Source: Candidatus Latescibacterota bacterium | GTDB lineage: Bacteria; Latescibacterota; UBA2968; UBA8231 | Length of the DNA stretch: 64,000 nucleotides | Direction: 5' to 3' | Assembly (NCBI GenBank): GCA_963422735.1 | Contig: OY730476.1 | Span: forward strand, 1,216,001 to 1,280,000 | Part shown: positions 58,037 to 64,000 of the stretch, piece after piece | How the letters are laid out: every line of letters starts with the position of its first letter | Numbering within the stretch: the first letter of the stretch is position 1 | Position numbers and translations under genes: made by a program | Notes under the pieces: generated by a model | What the model saw: only the letters and a program-made list of their open reading frames with translations | Database searches by the model: none | What the model was told of the DNA's origin: nothing

Positions 58037-59716
58037 TTGCGCTTCTTGCCGCTTTTTTTTGCCGCGCTTCTATGCGCCCTCCCCCTGCGCGCCCAACCCC
58101 AATTTAGCGATCAAACCGCTGCCGCTGGCATCACCTACCGCAATGTATTTGGCGGGGAAGAAAAGCAGTATATCCTAGAGTCCCACGGCAGCGGCGCAGC
58201 CTTCTTCGACCACGACTCCGACGGCGACCTCGACCTCTACATAGTCAACGGAGCCACCTTTGCCACGTACCGCGACCGCTCGGGGCCAGGCAACGCGCTC
58301 TACCGCAATCGCGGCGACGGCACTTTTGTAGAAATCACGCGAGCAGCAAACGTCGGCGATGCCGGCTGGGGCAGTGGCGTGGCCGTGGGCGACATCGACA
58401 ACGACGGCCGCCCAGATCTCTATGCGACCAACTACGGGGCCAACGTGCTCTACCGCAATCGCGGCAGCGACCGCTTTGCCGATGCGACCCGAGCAGCGGG
58501 CGTTGGCGGCGATCAATACAGTGCCAGTGCGGCCTTCTTCGACTACGACCGCGACGGCGACCTCGACCTCTACGTGGCCAACTACGTCGTCTTCGATGCC
58601 GAGCACCTACCGGCCAAGCCCAAACTCTGCACCTTTTTCAGCGGCCTCCGCGTCTATTGCGGTCCCAAAGGCTTAGTCGGCGCACCGGATGTGCTCTACC
58701 GCAACGAGGGCGACGGCGCGTTTACCGACGTAACCCAAGCGTCCGGCGTGGCGGCTGCTAACCGCTATTACGGCTTGGGCGTAGTCCCAGCCGATTACGA
58801 TTCCGATGGCGATAGCGACCTCTTTATCGCCAACGACGAGACCCCCAACGTACTCTTCCAAAACCAAGGCGACGGCACCTTCCAAGACGTCGCTCTCATC
58901 GCGGGCGTGGCGTACAATGGCGACGGCGATGTCGAAGCTGGCATGGGTGCGGACTTTGGCGACTACGATCAGGACGGCGACCCAGACCTATACGTGACCC
59001 ACTTCTTTACCGAGACCAATACGCTCTACCGCAACGAAGGCGGCGCACGTTTTTCCGACGTCACGACTACGGCTGGTCTCGCCGCGCCCACAGTAGAGAT
59101 GTTGGGTTGGGGTACGCGCTTTTTCGACTGCGACAACGACGGCCGCCTCGACCTCTTTGTCGCCAACGGCCACGTATATCCGCAGGTTGACCAAGCCGCA
59201 ACCGGCACCACCTACCGCCAGCCCAACCAACTCTTCCGCAATGAGGGCGGCGGCCGCTTTGCCCCGGTGTCAGCCGGCCCCGGGCTGGCACAGGCCAAAG
59301 TCAGTCGCGGCACCAGCTTTGGCGACTACGACGACGACGGCGATATCGACCTCTTCGTCGTCGAGCTCAACGACGCGCCGACTCTGTTGCGCAACGATGG
59401 GGGGAATGCGGGAAATTATCTCGTGGTGCAGGTCTTTGGCCGCGAGGACAACCGCGATGGGGTCGGCACTCGCGTCGGCCTGCAAGCAGCCGGCCAGCGC
59501 CAGTGGCGCACGGTCAACGGCGCGGCCAGCTACCTCTCACACAGCGACTTGCGCTCCTACTTCGGCTTGGGCGCGGCGCAGACCATCAACCTCGTCGAAA
59601 TCACCTATCCCAACGGCAGTACCTACGCGATCGAGAACGTGCCCGCCAACAAGCTGTTAGTCGTCCGCCAAGGGCAGGGGCACGCCCTCCTCGAACTAGG
59701 CGCGAATCCTTTTTAA
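58037..59716 (+). CDS. CRTAC1/ASPIC-UnbV family FG-GAP repeat protein
   Basis: Repeated 'DYD.DGDLDLYV.N' and 'LYRN.GDG.F.DVT'. C-terminal 'SYLSHSD.R.YFGLG'. Confidence 0.92.
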   Translation: MRFLPLFFAALLCALPLRAQPQFSDQTAAAGITYRNVFGGEEKQYILESHGSGAAFFDHDSDGDLDLYIVNGATFATYRDRSGPGNALYRNRGDGTFVEITRAANVGDAGWGSGVAVGDIDNDGRPDLYATNYGANVLYRNRGSDRFADATRAAGVGGDQYSASAAFFDYDRDGDLDLYVANYVVFDAEHLPAKPKLCTFFSGLRVYCGPKGLVGAPDVLYRNEGDGAFTDVTQASGVAAANRYYGLGVVPADYDSDGDSDLFIANDETPNVLFQNQGDGTFQDVALIAGVAYNGDGDVEAGMGADFGDYDQDGDPDLYVTHFFTETNTLYRNEGGARFSDVTTTAGLAAPTVEMLGWGTRFFDCDNDGRLDLFVANGHVYPQVDQAATGTTYRQPNQLFRNEGGGRFAPVSAGPGLAQAKVSRGTSFGDYDDDGDIDLFVVELNDAPTLLRNDGGNAGNYLVVQVFGREDNRDGVGTRVGLQAAGQRQWRTVNGAASYLSHSDLRSYFGLGAAQTINLVEITYPNGSTYAIENVPANKLLVVRQGQGHALLELGANPF

Positions 59717-59826
59717 TTATTGAGGTTACGCATAGTTCTCGTTTAGGGAGTTAATGCGAGGGTGCCAAGACGCAAGGGAGCGGGGTGGTAGGGTCGAGTA
59801 GGGTATTTCTTTTAGGTTTATCGACC

Positions 59827-59867
59827 AAGGAACACGAAGGGTTTCCTGAGTATTCTTCGTGTTCCTT
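59827..59867. repeat. Perfect 13-bp inverted repeat between convergent genes (terminator- or REP-like)
   Basis: AAGGAACACGAAG, a 15-nt spacer and CTTCGTGTTCCTT. Confidence 0.7.
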
Positions 59868-59926
59868 CAGGCCCTTGGTGGATCGCACAAGGCTCAAGGG
59901 CTGCGTAACGTCGGTTAATTATTGAA

Positions 59927-61186
59927 TCAACCCGCGCTGTGTGCGGCCCGCACCCGCTCGATTTCGGCGAGCCGCTCCTGCGCGGCGGAAAATTCGGGAT
60001 GGAGTTCGAGGAGCTTTTCAAAAACCGCTGCAGCCTTGTTGACGTAACCGAACTTTAGGTGGAGCATCCCCAGGTTGTAGGCGGCCTCCGGGGCCCTCGG
60101 CGACCGACTCGCGGCCCGTTTGAGGCTGGCGAGCCGACCCTCGTATTCCTTGAGCTTGGCAAAGACCTGCATTAGCTCGCTGCCCTCGGCACTGCGGCCC
60201 TGCTTGAGGTAGAGCTGAGCCAAGCTGTAGTGCGCGCCCGCGTGGCCGGGATCGCGCTTTATGGCCTCCAAGTAGTAGGTAGCCGCCTGTTCTTCGTGCC
60301 CTAACTTGGCCGTCACCGCGCCCAAGCGGTGATAGGAGTCGGCGTGGGCCGCATCCTTGAGCAGGGCTTGGTGAAAGTAACTCCGCGCCGCTTCGAACTT
60401 GCCTTCCTGCTCGCTGATAACGCCGAGGTCGTAAAACGCGCTCGCCGTCTCGACGCCAAGTTCTACGGCTCGCCGGTAGGCCGCCCTAGTTTCTTCGTAT
60501 TGGCTCAAGGCCATGTAGCTCTCGCCCAAGAGCGCATATACTCGCCCTTCGTCCGGGTGGTCGGCGAGGGTGCGCTGGTACTCGGCGATGGCTTCGCCCG
60601 GGCGGTGCTGCAAGTGATAGACCCGCCCCAAGTTGGCCCGAGCTTGCAGAAAGCTCGGCACCAAGCGCACGGCTTCCTCGTACTGAGCCGCAGCCTCTGC
60701 GTAGAGGCCCTGTTGCTGGTAGAGATAGCCGAGATTGTAGTAGATCGCCCCAAAGTCGGGCCGGAGCGCGAGCGCCTTCTTATAGCTGTCCTCTGCTGCT
60801 AAAAAGCGGCCCAACCCGTCGAGCGAAACCGCAAGGCCAATCCGCGCCTCAAAGTGCTTGGGGGTCAGCACTAGTGCCTGTTCGAAGTGGGGGATCGCCG
60901 CGTCAAAGCGTTCCAAGGCCGCGTGCGTCGCGCCCAAATTGCTATGGGCTTGGGCGAGGTCTGGATCGAGCTCAACGGCCTGCTGGTAGTAGCGGGCCGC
61001 TTCGTCCATCTGGCCTTGAGCGCGCAAGCGGTCGCCTTGCTCGACGGCTTTTTGCGCGGCATTTGCCCGGTACTGCGAGTACCAGTACGAGCCGCCCAAG
61101 CCGAGGGCAATCGCCAACGCGGCTGCTCCTAGATAAAAGAGGGGGCGACGCGGCACTTGCTCGCGGTTCTTTTTGTTGCGGGCCAT
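59927..61186 (-). CDS. Membrane-anchored TPR protein
   Basis: Basic N-terminus, one TM helix and about 10 canonical TPRs ('AHSNLG', 'IYYNLG'). Confidence 0.9.
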   Translation of the reverse strand: MARNKKNREQVPRRPLFYLGAAALAIALGLGGSYWYSQYRANAAQKAVEQGDRLRAQGQMDEAARYYQQAVELDPDLAQAHSNLGATHAALERFDAAIPHFEQALVLTPKHFEARIGLAVSLDGLGRFLAAEDSYKKALALRPDFGAIYYNLGYLYQQQGLYAEAAAQYEEAVRLVPSFLQARANLGRVYHLQHRPGEAIAEYQRTLADHPDEGRVYALLGESYMALSQYEETRAAYRRAVELGVETASAFYDLGVISEQEGKFEAARSYFHQALLKDAAHADSYHRLGAVTAKLGHEEQAATYYLEAIKRDPGHAGAHYSLAQLYLKQGRSAEGSELMQVFAKLKEYEGRLASLKRAASRSPRAPEAAYNLGMLHLKFGYVNKAAAVFEKLLELHPEFSAAQERLAEIERVRAAHSAG

Positions 61187-61320
61187 CAGTGAGTTGCGTT
61201 TACTCAGGGGAACACCAGTGTCATCCCATTTGGGCATGGGATCAATCGCGCCGAACTCGCCTAGAGCACCATTGCGAATTTATAGACGATCACCTCAAAC
61301 AATCTCAAATCCTGTACATC

Positions 61321-61770
61321 CTACCGGACGACCTCTAGCGCGGTCATGATCTGATCTTGACCCCAAGTTCCTCCGAGCCGGAGCGAACTCGTCGCTATGG
61401 AGCCGGTGATGGTGTCTTCTTCTTTGGTGAAGGCATAGACCGTCTTGGCATTGAGGTAGCGCAACTCCAAAGTGATCTGGTCGGGATCGTCGGGTTGGAT
61501 AATGTCGATTGCCTGGATGAAATCGTTGCGGCCCTCGCCATAAACCAACTTGGCAGACACGGTAACTTTCTTAGGGGTGACCCACACAATACTTATTGAA
61601 ACGGGGCGGTCTTGTCCGCTGACGCCATTGGATAGGGCGAAATCCCCGGCGCCTTCGTATTCGCCGACCCAGACATCGGCGTAATCGGGCGTCGATTGAA
61701 CGGCTTCCTCCGAGCTGCAGCTCAGGACCGTCAAGAGGCCAATTAGGGTCAACCACGTCCATTGTTTCAT
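61321..61770 (-). CDS. Small uncharacterised lipoprotein
   Basis: ATG at 61770 follows GGAGG. Lipobox in 'MKQWTWLTLIGLLTVLSC'. Confidence 0.78.
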   Translation of the reverse strand: MKQWTWLTLIGLLTVLSCSSEEAVQSTPDYADVWVGEYEGAGDFALSNGVSGQDRPVSISIVWVTPKKVTVSAKLVYGEGRNDFIQAIDIIQPDDPDQITLELRYLNAKTVYAFTKEEDTITGSIATSSLRLGGTWGQDQIMTALEVVR

Positions 61771-61882
61771 CGTGCGTACCTCCGCAGAGATTTTGTTCGG
61801 AAAAAGTATAGCGCACAACGCGACGCGAATCAACCACCTTGTGCCGCCGCCACTCGCCAATTCTCCCTCCAGTTCGTACACT

Positions 61883-64000
61883 ATGCGGCGCAAAATGTAT
61901 CCACTGCCAAAGATGCCTATGCGCCTAGGTATCGCGCTCGCTGCCTTCTTGGGCTGCACCTCCGAGCCGCCCCTTCCCTCGCAGAGCGCGCAGCGCTACG
62001 AACAGGCCCGCCAACACCTAGCGGCCGGCCGTTTGGACTCAGCCGCCCACGTGCTCAAAGCACTCGTCCGGCGCGATACCTTGCACTACGAGGCCGCGCT
62101 CACGCTCGGGGAAATCTACTTGCGGCAACGGCGCTACCGACAAGCCTTGTCGCCGCTCGCCCGCGCACAGAGGCTCGCGCCCGAGCGCATTGAGGCCCGG
62201 CTGCAGTTAGCCCAAACACTAAAGAAACTCGGGCGTCAAGCCGAGGCGCGCGCCCTTTTCGACTCCCTCGTGGCGGCCTTCCCCGGCAACGCGGTTGCCT
62301 GCATGGCATACGCCGACCTCCTAATGACGCAAGACCAACCCGACGCCGCGGGTGCCCTCGCCCAGTACGAAGCCATCCTCGCCGTCGATCCCAAGCACTA
62401 CCGAGCGCGCTCTGGCAAGGCCGCCTCGCTCTTGCGCTTGGGCGATTTTGCCGACGCAGCCGTCCGTCTCGACAGCTTGCTCGCCGAGCGGCCGGACGAT
62501 GTGTATCTATCGTTCCTGTTGGGCGCGGCCCACCACCACTTGCGCCAATACCCCGAGGCTGTCGCCGCGTACAAGCGCGCCATTGACGTCCTGCCCCCGG
62601 CCTCGCCGCAACGCACCGTGCGCCAGTGGAACCTGCGATTGGCCTATATTGAAGCGTATGGCACCTACCCGAGCGATCTCGAACCAGCCTATCAAATTGG
62701 CTTGGCACCGCTGGCTGAGGCGTCGCCGGTGCGCTTCACCGATGTGGCCGCAACAGCCGGCGTCGGCAAGCGAGATCGGGGACGCGGCGTGGCGTGGCTC
62801 GACTACGACACCGACGGCGACCCGGACCTTTTCGCCGCGGGCATCCAAGCCCCACACGCGCTCTACCGCAACGATGGCGACGGGCGCTTTGCCGACGTGT
62901 CTGCCGCAGCCGACCTCGCCGACCCGCGTGGCGGCTGGGCAGCCATTGCCGCAGACTACGATGGCGACGGCGACCCAGACCTCTTTGCCACCCGCGAGGC
63001 TTGGGAGGGCGAAGCGCCCAACTCGCTCTACCGCAATCAGGGCGATGGAACCTTTCGCGATGTCGCGCCCCAAGCCGGAATCGCCGGCGCGGACGACAGC
63101 TTCATGGCCGTCTGGACCGACTACGACAACGACGGCCTGCCCGATCTATACGTGGCCTCGGGCATCACCGGCAGTGGGCGGCCCAACCGCCTGTACCACA
63201 ACCAAGGGGACGGCACTTTTGCCGACCGCGGCGCGCAGGCCGGCGTGGCCTATCGCGGCAAAACCCTCGGCGTTACTTGTGGCGACTACGACAGCGACGG
63301 CGACAACGACCTCTACGCCATTGACGTAGCCGCCCCTAACCACCTCTACCGCAACGACGGACACCACTTCAGCGACGTCACCGCCGAGGCCGGCGTGGCC
63401 AAGCCGGGCGAGGGCAGCTACGTGGGATTTTTCATCGACGGCGACGGCGACGGCGACAGAGACCTCTTCGTCTCGGCCATGAATTTTTACGAAGACATCG
63501 TGCAGTCGCAGGTCACCGGGCTGGCCTTGCGCCCAACTCGTGCCCATCTGTACCGCAATGACGGGGCGACCTTCCGCGACATCGCCCCTCAGCAGGGGCT
63601 GGCCCGCTCCTTTGGCTCGATGGGCGCGGGCTATGGCGACGTGGACTACGACGGTCTAATCGACATCTACCTGACCAACGGCGGCCCCTTAATGGCGCGC
63701 TTTGAACCCAATACCTTGTTCCACAACCGCGGCGACCGCTTCGCCGACATCACGGTCGCGGCCGGCGTCGGCAATCCGGGCAAGGGGCACGGCGTGGGTT
63801 TTGCCGACTACGACCTCGACGGCGATCTCGACCTCTATACGGCGGTCGGCGGCCACTACTTAGGAGACCTATGGGCCAACAGCCTGTACCGCAACGAGGG
63901 CCACCACAATCACTTTCTCGGCGTGGATTTAGGGCCTCAAGCCATCGGCGCGCAGTTGCGCCTACGCGCCCAAGATCTGCTCGGGGTCGCGGAAGTCAGC
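61883..64000 (+). CDS. TPR plus FG-GAP/CRTAC1 lipoprotein, 3'-truncated by the window (absent from the ORF track)
   Basis: Hand translation gives MRRKMYPLPKMPMRLGIALAAFLGC (lipobox), then TPRs, then 'RFTDVAATAGV...WLDYDTDGDPDLF' repeats. No stop was seen before the window end. Confidence 0.85.
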   Translation, partial: MRRKMYPLPKMPMRLGIALAAFLGCTSEPPLPSQSAQRYEQARQHLAAGRLDSAAHVLKALVRRDTLHYEAALTLGEIYLRQRRYRQALSPLARAQRLAPERIEARLQLAQTLKKLGRQAEARALFDSLVAAFPGNAVACMAYADLLMTQDQPDAAGALAQYEAILAVDPKHYRARSGKAASLLRLGDFADAAVRLDSLLAERPDDVYLSFLLGAAHHHLRQYPEAVAAYKRAIDVLPPASPQRTVRQWNLRLAYIEAYGTYPSDLEPAYQIGLAPLAEASPVRFTDVAATAGVGKRDRGRGVAWLDYDTDGDPDLFAAGIQAPHALYRNDGDGRFADVSAAADLADPRGGWAAIAADYDGDGDPDLFATREAWEGEAPNSLYRNQGDGTFRDVAPQAGIAGADDSFMAVWTDYDNDGLPDLYVASGITGSGRPNRLYHNQGDGTFADRGAQAGVAYRGKTLGVTCGDYDSDGDNDLYAIDVAAPNHLYRNDGHHFSDVTAEAGVAKPGEGSYVGFFIDGDGDGDRDLFVSAMNFYEDIVQSQVTGLALRPTRAHLYRNDGATFRDIAPQQGLARSFGSMGAGYGDVDYDGLIDIYLTNGGPLMARFEPNTLFHNRGDRFADITVAAGVGNPGKGHGVGFADYDLDGDLDLYTAVGGHYLGDLWANSLYRNEGHHNHFLGVDLGPQAIGAQLRLRAQDLLGVAEVS

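Overview
This is GC-rich bacterial DNA. Its gene content (NHL, TPR, HEAT and FG-GAP lipoproteins, a FlgD-type C-terminal domain, a C-terminal 'SWGRVK' tail, and Rpn and PIN relics) suggests an FCB-associated candidate lineage such as Latescibacterota, possibly host-associated; that placement is inference only. The window has five blocks. (1) 1-13.7 kb: a putative peptide/acyl-transfer cluster with a beta-propeller, a truncated ABC exporter, an S8 protease fused to a DUF1611/TIGR04066-like domain, an ACP, an unknown protein, a BtrH-like protein, an MFP and two RND permeases. (2) 14.1-17.9 kb: housekeeping acs, SDR and PMI genes. (3) 18-22.2 kb: a decayed defence/toxin-antitoxin island in which only a type III-like Mod methyltransferase is intact. 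(4) 22.3-53.6 kb: cell-envelope genes. These include a degenerate M28-FtsX fusion with a DUF6785-like partner, two NHL lipoproteins, and a tightly packed 15-gene minus-strand operon. The operon has two paralogous ~980-aa outer-membrane proteins, lipoproteins, a FlgD-CTD protein next to a PorV/PorP-like barrel, a large TPR protein, ExbB plus two ExbD, a PPIase, an OPT-like transporter, and FGE and L-domain lipoproteins. A CBM9-like gene with its own near-consensus promoter and terminator sits at its head. This operon is the best candidate for an undescribed ExbBD-energised, T9SS-like envelope machine. (5) 53.8-64 kb: a TonB-like/DUF4159 gene, an Rpn pseudogene, and HEAT, TPR and CRTAC1 genes. 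Two intergenic ACTRAYC heptamer arrays are present. I saw no rRNA, tRNA or CRISPR array. All family assignments come from motif recognition by eye, not from database searches.
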